NCBI GenBank assembly: GCA_041746575.1
Contig: JBGTGT010000040.1
Location: 1 to 64,000, forward strand
Direction: 5' to 3'
DNA: 64,000 nucleotides
Source of the DNA: Microcystaceae cyanobacterium
Lineage (GTDB): Bacteria; Cyanobacteriota; Cyanobacteriia; Cyanobacteriales; Microcystaceae
Each line of letters opens with the position of its first letter. Positions within the stretch are counted from its first letter, which is position 1. The notes beneath the pieces are model-generated. The model was not told the DNA's origin. It ran no database searches and worked only from the letters and a program-made list of their open reading frames with translations. This document shows positions 50,190 to 60,910 of this stretch, piece after piece. Both the position numbers and the translations under genes were made by a program.

Positions 50190-51845
50190 ATGTCAAGCAC
50201 AGCCCTACATACTGAACATCCAACCCGAAAATGGACGGATTACTTTACTTTTTGTACTGATCACAAGGTGATTGGTATTCAGTACCTCGTTTCGTCCTTT
50301 GTCTTTTTCTTTGTCGGTGGGGCGTTTGCAGAAGTCATGCGAACGGAATTAGCCACCCCCGACCCCGATTTTGTCTCCCCAGAAATGTATAACCAATTCA
50401 TGACGCTTCATGGGACGATCATGATTTTCCTCTGGATTGTACCGGCCGGGGCGGCTTTTGCCAATTATCTAATTCCTTTAATGGTAGGGGCAGAAGATAT
50501 GGCGTTTCCTCGTCTTAACGCTGTTGCTTTCTGGTTAACGCCTCCCGGTGGTATCCTACTCCTTTCGAGTTTCTTTGTCGGCGCACCCCAATCGGGTTGG
50601 ACTTCCTACCCTCCCTTAAGCTTAGTCAGTGGCAAATGGGGCGAAGAATTGTGGATTTTAAGTCTTTTATTGGTGGGAACTTCTTCAATCTTAGGTGCCA
50701 TCAACTTTGTCACCACCATGCTTAAAATGCGGATTCCTGATATGGATATCCACAGTATGCCGCTTTTTTGTTGGTCAATGTTGGCAACATCTTCCTTAAT
50801 CTTGTTGTCGACTCCCGTTTTGGCGGCGGCCTTGATTTTACTTTCCTTTGATTTAATTGCGGGAACCAGCTTTTTTAACCCTACAGGCGGAGGAGATCCG
50901 GTCGTTTATCAACATTTATTCTGGTTTTACTCTCATCCTGCCGTTTATATCATGATTTTGCCTTTTTTTGGGGTAATTTCAGAAGTCTTACCCGTTCATG
51001 CTCGTAAGCCCATTTTTGGTTATCGAGCGATCGCTTATTCCAGTTTAGCCATTAGTTTCCTCGGTTTAATCGTCTGGGCGCACCATATGTTCACCAGTGG
51101 AACGCCGGGATGGTTACGGATGTTCTTTATGGCGGCAACAATGCTCATTGCCGTGCCGACGGGGATCAAAGTTTTTAGTTGGTGTGCGACGCTTTGGGGA
51201 GGAAAGTTAAACCTTAACAGTGCGTTATGTTTTGGTATTGGTTTTTTAGCGACTTTTACATTAGGTGGCTTGACGGGAATCATGGTGGCGTCTGTTCCCT
51301 TTGATATTCATGTTCATGATACCTATTTTGTGGTCGGCCACTTTCATTATGTGCTATTTGGGGGTAGTGGTTTAGCTTTGTTTGCGGGAGTTTATCATTG
51401 GTTTCCTAAGATAACAGGCCGTATGGTCAATGAAAATTTGGGAAGATTGCACTTCGTTTTGACGTTTATTGGCTTGAATCTTACCTTTTTGCCCCATCAT
51501 GAATTGGGATTAATGGGGATGAATCGTCGGATTGCTCTGTATGATCCGATGTTTCAACCTTTAAACCAGTTAAGCACCTACGGAGCTTATATTCTTGCTA
51601 TTTCTACTTTTCCCTTTCTAATTAACGTTTTTTGGAGTTTATTTAAAGGGGAAAAAGCCGCTCGCAATCCGTGGCGCGCCTATACTCTGGAATGGCAGAC
51701 AGCCTCTCCTCCTATCATTGAAAACTTTGAAGAAGAACCCGTTTTGTGGGCAGGCCCCTATGACTATGGCGCAGATGAAGAATCTCTTGATCAAGATGAA
51801 TCCGTTGAAGATATGTTGGCGGAAGTGGGGTCACAGTCGAAATAA
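50190..51845 (+). CDS. coxA: Cytochrome c oxidase subunit I
   Basis: TDHKVIG, FWFYSHPAVY, VWAHHMF, HFHYV. Confidence 0.98.
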   Translation: MSSTALHTEHPTRKWTDYFTFCTDHKVIGIQYLVSSFVFFFVGGAFAEVMRTELATPDPDFVSPEMYNQFMTLHGTIMIFLWIVPAGAAFANYLIPLMVGAEDMAFPRLNAVAFWLTPPGGILLLSSFFVGAPQSGWTSYPPLSLVSGKWGEELWILSLLLVGTSSILGAINFVTTMLKMRIPDMDIHSMPLFCWSMLATSSLILLSTPVLAAALILLSFDLIAGTSFFNPTGGGDPVVYQHLFWFYSHPAVYIMILPFFGVISEVLPVHARKPIFGYRAIAYSSLAISFLGLIVWAHHMFTSGTPGWLRMFFMAATMLIAVPTGIKVFSWCATLWGGKLNLNSALCFGIGFLATFTLGGLTGIMVASVPFDIHVHDTYFVVGHFHYVLFGGSGLALFAGVYHWFPKITGRMVNENLGRLHFVLTFIGLNLTFLPHHELGLMGMNRRIALYDPMFQPLNQLSTYGAYILAISTFPFLINVFWSLFKGEKAARNPWRAYTLEWQTASPPIIENFEEEPVLWAGPYDYGADEESLDQDESVEDMLAEVGSQSK

Positions 51846-51876
51846 CTGCACCAAATTACTGTTTTCAACCTTTTCT

Positions 51877-51896
51877 GGGCGCAAGCCCTGCGCCTC
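51877..51896. repeat. Short GC-rich REP-like hairpin repeat (copy 2)
   Basis: GGGCGCAAGCCCTGCGCCTC with a GGCGCA/TGCGCC stem, in the coxA-coxC spacer. Confidence 0.5.
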
Positions 51897-51930
51897 TACC
51901 TTTTGACACTTAACACATCAAAAATCCACT

Positions 51931-52542
51931 ATGCAAGGTTCAATTTCTTCTTCCCAAGTTACTACCACCTACGAAACCCATGAAGTGAGTCACGGCGGAC
52001 ACCATGATTATCGGGTGTTTGGTTTGGTTCTCTTTTTAATGGCAGAAAGTGCCATTTTCTTGGGTTTATTCTCGGCTTACTTAATTTATCGCTCTGTGGT
52101 GCCTGTTTGGCCGCCGGAAGGAACGCCCGAACGGGAATTACTTTTGCCCAGCATTAATACCATCATCCTGATTTCCAGTAGTTTTGTGATGCACAAAGGT
52201 CAAGATGCAATTAAGAAAAACGATCTATCAGGATTGCAATTGTGGTTTGGCATTACTGCCGCAATGGGTATTGTTTTCTTGGCAGGACAATTGTACGAAT
52301 ATTACCATCTGGAGATGGGCTTAACCACCAATTTATTTGCCAGTTGTTTCTACGTTTTAACGGGATTTCACGGACTGCATGTTACTTTTGGTTTGTTGTT
52401 AATTCTTGCCGTTTTATGGCGTTCTCGTCAAAAAGGTCATTATTCTAGTCAATCCTTTTTTGGAGTAGAAGCGGCGGAATTATATTGGCACTTCGTTGAC
52501 GTCGTTTGGATTATTCTCTTTATTTTGGTTTATTTGCTGTAA
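51931..52542 (+). CDS. coxC: Cytochrome c oxidase subunit III
   Basis: TGFHGLHV, YWHFVDVVW. Confidence 0.97.
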   Translation: MQGSISSSQVTTTYETHEVSHGGHHDYRVFGLVLFLMAESAIFLGLFSAYLIYRSVVPVWPPEGTPERELLLPSINTIILISSSFVMHKGQDAIKKNDLSGLQLWFGITAAMGIVFLAGQLYEYYHLEMGLTTNLFASCFYVLTGFHGLHVTFGLLLILAVLWRSRQKGHYSSQSFFGVEAAELYWHFVDVVWIILFILVYLL

Positions 52543-52643
52543 GCTCTCAAATTTAACTCTTATTTATAATGCCGAATTTCTAGGAAGAAATTGGGTATTT
52601 TTTGGGACTTATTACCGTTCCTTTTTCGAGTCTCAGACTCAGG

Positions 52644-53606
52644 TTATTTAGAGAAATCTTGTTGTATGTACATCGTTTGTTGGGGAATGCCGACTCGAAT
52701 CCCCTGCTCATCAAAGGCTTTTTTGAGGCGGAGACGCAATTCCCGCGCCACTGCCCACTGTTGTAAGGGTTGAGTCTTAATAATCAACCGAATTAAAATT
52801 CCCGTATGGCAAATATGATCAATCCCTAAGATTTCAGGAGATGCTAATATCTGGGGTTTCCATTGAGGATCTTGGTACAATGTTTGGGCAATATCTTCCA
52901 TCATCGCTAATACCTTGTCAACATCAGCATCATAGCCCACCTCAATGGCATAATTAACCTGTGACCATTCATTGGAGAGATTGCGGACGACCCCGATTGA
53001 GCCATTGGGAATCGTGATTAATTCACCGTCTAGATTGCGTAATTGGGTGACTCGTAGGGTAATTTTTTCGACTAAACCTCCTTGTTCATCCACGACAATG
53101 ACATCTCCCACCGCATACTGATCTTCCCATAAAATGAGTAAGCCTGCGATCAAATCCTTTAGCAAGTTCTGAGAAGCTAGAGAAAGAGCAAAACTAATAA
53201 AACCCAGAAAGACAGCGATAACTTGGGTAATTGCGCCCAATTTATGCAAATTGTAGACGAGAATTACCCCCAGCCCTAGATAAACGATTACCCTCAACCA
53301 GCTTTTCAGAATTCTCACCCAAGTCGGCATTCGCAAAGTGTAACGTTGGCTAGAAATAGGCTCAACTTGAGTCCGAGCTAAAAAGTCACTGAGCGCATCC
53401 CCAACTTTGAGGGTTAAACGACTGATTAATAAGAGTAGCAAGACGAAGAGGGGAATTCCTAAGGTCGCCTCTCTGCCCAAACTGAACAGCCAATCGGCCG
53501 GCGGCCAACCATCGGTCAAGAATTGTCCATTCCATGCGCCTCGAATCGTGACACCTATTATCCAATTACTAAAAGGGCGAGTCCAGTAAAATAAATTTGT
53601 TAAGTA
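52644..53606 (-). pseudogene. MscS-family channel gene truncated at its 5' end by IS982
   Basis: MscS core (SLASQNLLKD, EDQYAVGD, IPNG); the frame stays open upstream of TTG 53519 (YLTNLFYWTRPFSNW...) up to the IS end, with no native start. Confidence 0.8.
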
Positions 53607-54582
53607 ACGTCAGTTCGGGATAAGGCGGCTAAGAAAAGGAGAGGGCTTGTAAGCTGAAAGATATTGAAAATACTCAGCACCCTCGTCCTATGTTTAGTTT
53701 AGAAATTTTATTTTGTCACGTCGATGATTATTGCCAAAGATTTGAGCCGAAGTGGTCTGCTCAACGACTAGATAGAGATATTAATAGTCGTAAAAGAGCT
53801 AGAAGCTTGATTTTAAGTGAAATTATGACTATTCTCATTGCTTTTCATCAAAAACATTATCGTAATTTCAAACATTACTATCTCGACTATGTTTGTGTTT
53901 ATTGGCGAGAAGCTTTTCCCGGCTTGCCAAGCTATCAAAGATTTGTTGAGTGGATGCCCTCAACCTTAGTTCCTTTATGTGTCTATCTCAAAGACTGTTT
54001 TGGTCAATGTACTGGAATCAGCTTTTTGGATAGTACGAGTCTCAAAGTCTGTCATAATCGTCGCATTTCACAACATCGAGTCTTCAAAAATCTTGCTGCT
54101 CGCGGCAAAACTTCTGGCGATTGGTTTTATGGTTTTAAATTACATTTGGTTGTCAATGAGCGTGGTGAACTGCTTAACTTCAAAGTGACTCCAGGCAATA
54201 CCGATGACCGCCAACCGGTTCTTGACTTGCTCAAACCTTTCTTCGGTAAGGTCTTTGCCGACCGAGGTTATGTCTCTCAATCCTTGAGTGAAAAGCTGTT
54301 TCTTGAAAATGGGATTGAGTTTTTTGCCAAACCTCGCAGTAACATGAAAAATCGACTGATGCGCTTGCACGATAAGTTTTTATCTCGCAAACGCTCCATT
54401 ATCGAGACGATTATCGACCAACTCAAGAATATCTCTCAAATCGAACATTCTCGCCACAGGAGTCCCGTCAATTTCTGCGTCAATCTTCTGTGTGGTTTAA
54501 TTGCTTATTGCCATCAGCCCAAAAAACCTTCTCTTGAGTTAGAGTGGGTTTTACCGACTTTTGCTTAACCCGAACTCAGGTT
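53606..54582 (+). mobile_element. IS982-family insertion sequence
   Basis: Ends AACGTCAGTTCGGGATAAG and CTTAACCCGAACTCAGGTT (16/19 inverted match) flanking the transposase. Confidence 0.93.
53690..54568 (+). CDS. IS982-family DDE transposase, apparently intact
   Basis: [33 protein letters not shown]. Confidence 0.95.
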   Translation: MFSLEILFCHVDDYCQRFEPKWSAQRLDRDINSRKRARSLILSEIMTILIAFHQKHYRNFKHYYLDYVCVYWREAFPGLPSYQRFVEWMPSTLVPLCVYLKDCFGQCTGISFLDSTSLKVCHNRRISQHRVFKNLAARGKTSGDWFYGFKLHLVVNERGELLNFKVTPGNTDDRQPVLDLLKPFFGKVFADRGYVSQSLSEKLFLENGIEFFAKPRSNMKNRLMRLHDKFLSRKRSIIETIIDQLKNISQIEHSRHRSPVNFCVNLLCGLIAYCHQPKKPSLELEWVLPTFA

Positions 54583-54699
54583 GATTAGTATTGGGTAAAA
54601 AATCCCTGTGATAACAATTCGATGACTAAACAATAGCGCAATACGCAAGTGCGAAGTCAGCAGTATGCTGTGAGCGAATTTACCCCCTTAACCGTGTCA

Positions 54700-54752
54700 A
54701 GCACCTACAGGGTATTACAAGGGTATGAGGCCATGATTGATTGTAAAGGAGT
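54700..54752 (+). pseudogene. Possible tiny IS6-family transposase C-terminal remnant
   Basis: STYRVLQGYEAMIDCKG resembles the IS6 tail TAxRTLxGYEAMxMIRKG. Confidence 0.3.
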
Positions 54753-54857
54753 CCATAGGTATATGGTATTAACTCGTCATTTGCTGCAAATGCGAATAGT
54801 GCTATGGAAAAATAGCATCTTAAAAAAGACCAAACCCTTAGCTTTCTAATACCATCG

Positions 54858-56825
54858 CTATTTACGACGAGAAGCGAGGGCTTTTTTTTCTATATTTTCT
54901 AACGTAAAAGCTTCAATACTATCCAGTTGACAGGAATGACCAAAAAGACAAGCTAATCCCTGATCGTAAGGACTTCGAAAATCGGGTACGTTGGGCGGAA
55001 ATAAGGCGACAACATGGGGAACAGGACGAGGGGTATAACCCACCAAAGAATCTCCTTCATAAGCAAGAGAAGTACTTGCTCCTGAATCAAGCATAATAGC
55101 ATCTCTTAGTCCTAATTGGTACAGAATTTGCCCTAAAGCGACAGAATCAATCATTGTTGTAGTGACACCGATGACTGGTTGTCCTGAGCGATTTATGCCC
55201 CAAAACGCACGATGACGAGAGGCATCAAAATCGAATAAACTGCCGAACGCTTCAGGGGGTTGAGGTTTACCCTCTCTGACGAGCCACGCCGCGCCGACAA
55301 AAGCATCGGTTACAATCCTCATATCTTCAGATTCTGCGACAATTCCCGCTAAAGTATTGTGTTTTTGGTGATCAAAGGGAATAAACTTGACCCAAGAACC
55401 GCTAATTAAGACGAAAGGACGACCGTTTAATTTGGGGGTTTCGCCATCATAGCCTGGAATAAATTCACCTGTGTTACTACTCATGACTGGCCCAATCATC
55501 ACATTAGACGACAGATATTTTAAAGAGAAGAACCCTCCATCTACGGCGGCAACTGCTTCGGTTTCTGCCATAATTTCGGGAACTTGATAGCGACTATCCG
55601 CGTGAATCGTATTGGGTTGCCCCCCCGTAATCAAGATCAAAGATGTACCATCGATGGTTATTTCTTCTTTGTGGACGGGAGTATTAAAGTTAAAGCTATT
55701 ATCGTCTCTGGGCAAGGGATAGCCTCCCCACGCTTGAGAAACTATGGATTCTAGGCGAGATTGTCCAAAACGCCCAATAGTTAGTATATCTAGTGATTCT
55801 CCAGCAAAATGTTCATCGAGATCATTCATGGCTAAAGCCCCTTTGTACCCGGCGGCAATTACCCATTGTTTGACCCGTGCGTCCAGTTTTCCCTCAGGGT
55901 AGGTAAAGTAATGAATGGGAATACCGAGTTTTTCTTCTAAAATACGTTTTGATTGTAAAATTTCTGTAGCTAATTGATCATCAGAGAGATCGCGTAAATC
56001 TCTAGGATGAGTCACACTATGGGCGGCTATAGTAACTAGAGGATCAGCAGACATTTCTTGAAGTTGTTGCCAAGTAACGCTTGATCGTGCGGTTTTGCCA
56101 TCCATTTTGGTGATATAGATGGAAAAAGTAGCGGGATACCCATATTGTTTAAGCAGAGGATAAACATATTGATAATGACCGCCGTAGCCATCATCGAAGG
56201 TTAACACAATCGGTTTTTCGGGTAAGGGTGTCCCGGTTTGTAAATGTTGAACTAATTGCTCCAAGCTGACAGGGGTTAATCCTTGAGCTTGAATCAGTTT
56301 AAAGTCTGCTTCAAGTTTTTCTGGGGTGACATCGAAGAAAACCTCTTTTTTGGCAATGATATCGTGATACATAACCACAGGAACTTTGGCTCGTCGGGCT
56401 AAATCTTTGATGTAGGGAAAAGGTGCGGGAATGGCCGCTGAATTGAGGGTTAAATAGGGGTCAGACAGTGCCAAGATTGAAGAATCAGAAATCACTTCCT
56501 CATCGACGACGTCAGCCGCTAACTTAGGGAAAATATTGGAACAATCATTGAGCTTTGGGTCATAAAGTGGCCAACTTTCCTCTATTTTTTGTCGAAGGCG
56601 GGATTTGTCAACAAGATCAACCCATTCTAAGGAAACGGTATTAGGAGATGACTGAAGAGATGGGTCTAAACATAAATGACTTTGGGGGAGAGTAGAGGTA
56701 AAATTGACTAAATTGGCGGGATCTAACTGAGAAATTCCTGATTTAGTCCACAAAATGCCCTCTATCCCCATCAGAATTGTACTAATAAGGCCGAACCCCA
56801 GCCAGTAATTGCTCGGAAAACGCAT
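54858..56825 (-). CDS. Polysaccharide deacetylase (NodB/CE4) fused to a phosphodiester-glycosidase-like domain
   Basis: VVMYHD, LTFDDGY, HSVTH, FTYPEG; C-terminal DGGFF, HRAFWG, MLDSGAST. Confidence 0.9.
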   Translation of the reverse strand: MRFPSNYWLGFGLISTILMGIEGILWTKSGISQLDPANLVNFTSTLPQSHLCLDPSLQSSPNTVSLEWVDLVDKSRLRQKIEESWPLYDPKLNDCSNIFPKLAADVVDEEVISDSSILALSDPYLTLNSAAIPAPFPYIKDLARRAKVPVVMYHDIIAKKEVFFDVTPEKLEADFKLIQAQGLTPVSLEQLVQHLQTGTPLPEKPIVLTFDDGYGGHYQYVYPLLKQYGYPATFSIYITKMDGKTARSSVTWQQLQEMSADPLVTIAAHSVTHPRDLRDLSDDQLATEILQSKRILEEKLGIPIHYFTYPEGKLDARVKQWVIAAGYKGALAMNDLDEHFAGESLDILTIGRFGQSRLESIVSQAWGGYPLPRDDNSFNFNTPVHKEEITIDGTSLILITGGQPNTIHADSRYQVPEIMAETEAVAAVDGGFFSLKYLSSNVMIGPVMSSNTGEFIPGYDGETPKLNGRPFVLISGSWVKFIPFDHQKHNTLAGIVAESEDMRIVTDAFVGAAWLVREGKPQPPEAFGSLFDFDASRHRAFWGINRSGQPVIGVTTTMIDSVALGQILYQLGLRDAIMLDSGASTSLAYEGDSLVGYTPRPVPHVVALFPPNVPDFRSPYDQGLACLFGHSCQLDSIEAFTLENIEKKALASRRK

Positions 56826-56986
56826 ACTCCTTTACCCAGAACGTAATATCTTTAAAGAAGTATAAAGGGATTTTCCCCTGATTTTCGATCATAATGTTCG
56901 GCAGAATACCCTCATGTCAGAGCTAAGTTAGAGTTAGAGTCGCTCAGAAATAAATCATTAGTGAGTAAAGGTGTCAAATCAATCGA

Positions 56987-57205
56987 TTATCCCTGATAAC
57001 GGGCTTTAGCTAAATCTCGAATTAGAGGAGTTCGGGTTGAGACATAGGTTTTAGCAAAAAGATATTGGTGAGTATTGAGAGATTTGAACCGTTGTAAGCG
57101 ATCAACGAGTTGCATGACCAGATCATTATCGCTGAGATTTAACAAAAGCGTCGTTTCTGTTTGCTCAACGATAGACCATAATTCGCGCACAACTTGAATA
57201 TCCAT
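56987..57205 (-). CDS. Small conserved-type cyanobacterial hypothetical protein
   Basis: RELWSIVEQT..LLLNLSD.DLV..L...Y...R.PLIRDLA; GGAG RBS. Confidence 0.75.
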   Translation of the reverse strand: MDIQVVRELWSIVEQTETTLLLNLSDNDLVMQLVDRLQRFKSLNTHQYLFAKTYVSTRTPLIRDLAKARYQG

Positions 57206-57320
57206 ATTTGTGATGCTCCCTAATGGAATCTAAAGAGAATCTTAAGAAAAATTCCAGAGAAATCAAGGAGTATAATACATATATTTGGATAATAATATAA
57301 AAATTTAAGCTTCTTGATAA

Positions 57321-57351
57321 AAATTTACATTGTAATGTAAATTTAAATACA
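57321..57351. promoter_or_regulatory. Perfect 11-bp inverted repeat overlapping an NtcA-consensus site
   Basis: AAATTTACATT-GT-AATGTAAATTT (57321-57344); TGTA-N8-TACA (57336-57351). Confidence 0.5.
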
Positions 57352-57482
57352 GAAAAAAAGTAAGCATCAATTTTCGAGGATTTAAGTCACAAGATTGTTA
57401 CATCCAAAAAAGCCAAAGTTTGTTTAACTGGAATAAAGCACTTTTTAACTTTTACACGATCGCAAGCTGACTGAAAACCAAT

Positions 57483-59399
57483 ATGCACCTGAGTGAATTA
57501 ACCCATCCGAATCAATTGCATGGTCTCTCCATTCGTCAACTAGAAGGAATTGCCCGTCAAATTCGCGAAAAGCATTTAGAAACCGTCGCCGCAACAGGAG
57601 GTCATCTTGGCCCCGGTTTAGGAGTTGTCGAATTAACGATTGCTCTTTATCAAACCCTTGATTTAGACCGAGATAAAGTGATCTGGGATGTGGGACATCA
57701 AGCCTATCCCCACAAAATGTTAACAGGTCGTTACTCGAATTTTAATACTCTCCGACAAAAAGACGGAATTGCGGGGTATTTGAAACGTTGCGAAAGCCAA
57801 TTTGACCATTTTGGTGCCGGTCACGCTTCCACCAGTATTTCTGCGGGGTTAGGCATGGCGATCGCTCGTGATCTCCAAGGAGAAGATTACAAAGTAGTAT
57901 CCATTATTGGGGATGGGGCATTAACGGGAGGAATGGCTTTAGAGGCAATTAACCATGCGGGGCATCTTCCCCATACCAATTTGATGGTTATTCTCAATGA
58001 TAACGAAATGTCTATTTCTCCCAATGTGGGGGCGATTTCTCGATATTTAAACAAAGTCCGCCTGAGCGATCCGGTTCAATTTTTAAGCGATAATTTAGAA
58101 GAACAATTTAAGCATTTACCCTTTTTTGGGGACTCTCTAACGCCAGAAATGGATCGTCTCAAAGAGGGAATGAAACGTTTAGCAGTCCCCAAGGTGGGAG
58201 CGGTGATTGAGGAGTTAGGATTCAAATATTTTGGTCCCATTGACGGTCACAATTTAGAAGAGCTAATTACCACTTTCAAACAAGCGCATAAGGTTCACGG
58301 GCCGGTTTTCGTTCATGTGGCTACCGTAAAGGGCAAAGGCTACGAACTCGCCGAGAAAGATCAAGTGGGATATCATGCTCAGAGTCCCTTTAATTTGACA
58401 ACCGGTAAGCCGATTCCTTCAACAACCCCTAAACCGCCCAGTTATGCTAAGGTTTTTGGTCACACCCTCACCCGTTTAGCAGAAAATAATCCGAAAATTA
58501 TCGGAATTACGGCGGCGATGGCGACAGGAACAGGATTAACCAAATTACAAGAAAAGCTCCCCAAACAGTATATTGATGTCGGCATTGCAGAACAACACGC
58601 AGTTACTTTAGCGGCAGGATTAGCTTGTGAAGGAATGCGCCCAGTTGTTGCGATTTATTCGACGTTTCTGCAACGAGCTTATGATCAAGTGATTCACGAC
58701 GTTTGTGTTCAGAATTTACCTGTTTTCTTTTGTTTAGATCGAGCAGGGATTGTCGGAGATGATGGGCCAACCCATCAGGGAATGTATGATATTGCTTATC
58801 TTCGCTGTATTCCCAATATCGTGGTCATGGCACCCAAGGATGAAGCTGAATTGCAACGGATGCTAGTCACTGGGGTTAATCACACTAAAGGTCCGATCGC
58901 CATGCGATATCCTCGTGGGAATGGTTTAGGTGTTCCTTTAATGGAGGAAGGCTGGGATGCAATTCCCATCGGAGAGGGGGAAATCCTACGCAATGGGGAT
59001 GATATTTTACTCTTGGGTTATGGTGCTATGGTGCAGATAGCATTACAGGCGGCGGAAATCCTCGGAGAACACGGCGTCGAAGCTACTGTTATTAATGCTC
59101 GTTTTGTTAAACCCTTAGATACTGCGTTAATTCTTCCACTTGCCCAAAAAATTGGCAAAGTCGTGACTTTAGAAGAAGGTTGCTTAATGGGAGGCTTTGG
59201 TTCGGCAGTGGCTGAGGCGTTGCTCGATCACAATATTACAGCCTCTCTCAAGCGATTGGGCGTTCCTGATCAACTCGTCGACCATGCTAAACCCGATCAA
59301 GCCAAAGCGGTTTTGGGGTTAGGGAGTTCTCAAGTCGCTGAAACTATTTTAACGGCTTTCTTTAACCAACACCAAGAATCTCCTACCACCGTTAGCTAG
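57483..59399 (+). CDS. dxs: 1-deoxy-D-xylulose-5-phosphate synthase
   Basis: [45 protein letters not shown]. Confidence 0.98.
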   Translation: MHLSELTHPNQLHGLSIRQLEGIARQIREKHLETVAATGGHLGPGLGVVELTIALYQTLDLDRDKVIWDVGHQAYPHKMLTGRYSNFNTLRQKDGIAGYLKRCESQFDHFGAGHASTSISAGLGMAIARDLQGEDYKVVSIIGDGALTGGMALEAINHAGHLPHTNLMVILNDNEMSISPNVGAISRYLNKVRLSDPVQFLSDNLEEQFKHLPFFGDSLTPEMDRLKEGMKRLAVPKVGAVIEELGFKYFGPIDGHNLEELITTFKQAHKVHGPVFVHVATVKGKGYELAEKDQVGYHAQSPFNLTTGKPIPSTTPKPPSYAKVFGHTLTRLAENNPKIIGITAAMATGTGLTKLQEKLPKQYIDVGIAEQHAVTLAAGLACEGMRPVVAIYSTFLQRAYDQVIHDVCVQNLPVFFCLDRAGIVGDDGPTHQGMYDIAYLRCIPNIVVMAPKDEAELQRMLVTGVNHTKGPIAMRYPRGNGLGVPLMEEGWDAIPIGEGEILRNGDDILLLGYGAMVQIALQAAEILGEHGVEATVINARFVKPLDTALILPLAQKIGKVVTLEEGCLMGGFGSAVAEALLDHNITASLKRLGVPDQLVDHAKPDQAKAVLGLGSSQVAETILTAFFNQHQESPTTVS

Positions 59400-59643
59400 T
59401 GCGTTTCCTTAAGCTTTTATAGAGCATCATGATTAAGTGAGGGGCATAATAATCTTATGTCCTTTTTTCTACGCAAATCAATCTAAAACTTCAGCATTTT
59501 CACTTAAGTATTTAACGGTTACTGGAAAAAGATCCGTATTTCTGATCAGGTCATTTTTTTATAATTTCCCTAAATTAGAGATAGTTAAGTCTTCTTAAAT
59601 TGATTGAATAACTATCTCGTCGTCATATCAAGGAAAATGGCTC

Positions 59644-60117
59644 ATGATTTTCTTAGCTCGTCGGACTTTATTCGTGATTGTCATCTTGAGTAGTTTAGGG
59701 ATGGTTGTTTTGCCTCAATCTAGACTCGGGGCGGTAGATCTAAAAGGAGAAAATGAGATAACTTCTTTGAAACAAAATCAGCTTTCTTTGCAAGTTATTT
59801 TTTCTCCTCTTATAGAATCTACTTATTCCGATGTTAACTTTTCTTTGCTCAATGTAACCGAGAATTCACTTAATTTTGTCATGCCGTCAAACGATGATAC
59901 GTTAACTTTTTTAACCTCAAATGATATGGTTGAGGAACTTAACCAAAATTTAGGAGAATTAGCTCAGGACACTCAACAAACAAGGTTAATAGAGAGTTAT
60001 TTTTTAGATGAAAAAAAGGCACAAAATCATTTATTAGAAATTCCTGAATCTAGTATTATGTTGGGCTTAAAACTAATAGGATTAGGGATCGTGGCGAAAA
60101 TATTAATTAATCGCTGA
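59644..60117 (+). CDS. Exported protein with PEP-CTERM-like sorting tail
   Basis: N-terminal signal; C-terminal IPESSIMLGLKLIGLGIVAK. Confidence 0.6.
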   Translation: MIFLARRTLFVIVILSSLGMVVLPQSRLGAVDLKGENEITSLKQNQLSLQVIFSPLIESTYSDVNFSLLNVTENSLNFVMPSNDDTLTFLTSNDMVEELNQNLGELAQDTQQTRLIESYFLDEKKAQNHLLEIPESSIMLGLKLIGLGIVAKILINR

Positions 60118-60209
60118 GTGTAAATCTTGACGAGATGGAAACAGAGGTAGCTCAAACCAGTCAACAGTTTCATCAACTAAAAAAAATAGTATTTCAACTC
60201 AATGGTTAA

Positions 60210-60398
60210 TTACGCCTTCGCAGAATCAGAGGAAGTGACAATGGCTTCAACTGTTACCGTTTTTTGAGAAGTATTTACTTGAGTGATTGCCCAACGTAGG
60301 GGTTTTCCTTGCTTTTCTAATTCAATTTTAATCTTTTCTTGAAGGGTAAGCGGATTTTCGGTTAAATCAATTTCGGCAGTGATAAAATGAGTCGTCAT
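60210..60398 (-). CDS. Small conserved-type hypothetical protein
   Basis: MTTHFITAEIDL...GKPLRWAIT..TVEAIVT. Confidence 0.75.
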   Translation of the reverse strand: MTTHFITAEIDLTENPLTLQEKIKIELEKQGKPLRWAITQVNTSQKTVTVEAIVTSSDSAKA

Positions 60399-60456
60399 AA
60401 TTAAAGTTTTAAGATTGATTCTCTTGTTATTCTACCTCAAGATTAAACGAACGCTA

Positions 60457-60846
60457 TTAGGAATTATTATGCTTTTGCCAAGGAAACCGAAACTCTTGAG
60501 TGGCAAAATTCTGTTTAAATTGGCTAAATTCTCCGGCATCTAACCAAATTCCTTGGCAGTTCGGACATTTTTCGTACCAAATTTGATATTTATCTAAATC
60601 TAACATTTTGATCAGGGTTGTTCGACACCTGGGACATTTAAGGGTTGGGTTCACCCTATCTTGATTGGAGGGAGAATTAGGATTACCGAGATCAATTTTC
60701 TCTGAACCTTGTTTTTTTTTGAGCGACTCTGCTTCGGTTTGATCAAACCAAATCCCTTGACATTGACAACAGCGATCAACTTCAATGGTTTCGTAAACAA
60801 TTGATTCTAACTTTCCTTTGCATTTGGGACACTTTAAGGGTTTCAT
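60457..60846 (-). CDS. Tandem zf-TFIIB zinc-ribbon protein
   Basis: CPKC..DRCCQCQGIWFD and CPRC..CPNCQGIWLDAGE. Confidence 0.88.
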   Translation of the reverse strand: MKPLKCPKCKGKLESIVYETIEVDRCCQCQGIWFDQTEAESLKKKQGSEKIDLGNPNSPSNQDRVNPTLKCPRCRTTLIKMLDLDKYQIWYEKCPNCQGIWLDAGEFSQFKQNFATQEFRFPWQKHNNS

Positions 60847-60910
60847 GGGGGTAAAATAATTTTATTTCCTTTTTTGTTGAGCGAAGCTCTAATCATTTTA
60901 GCCTCAAATA

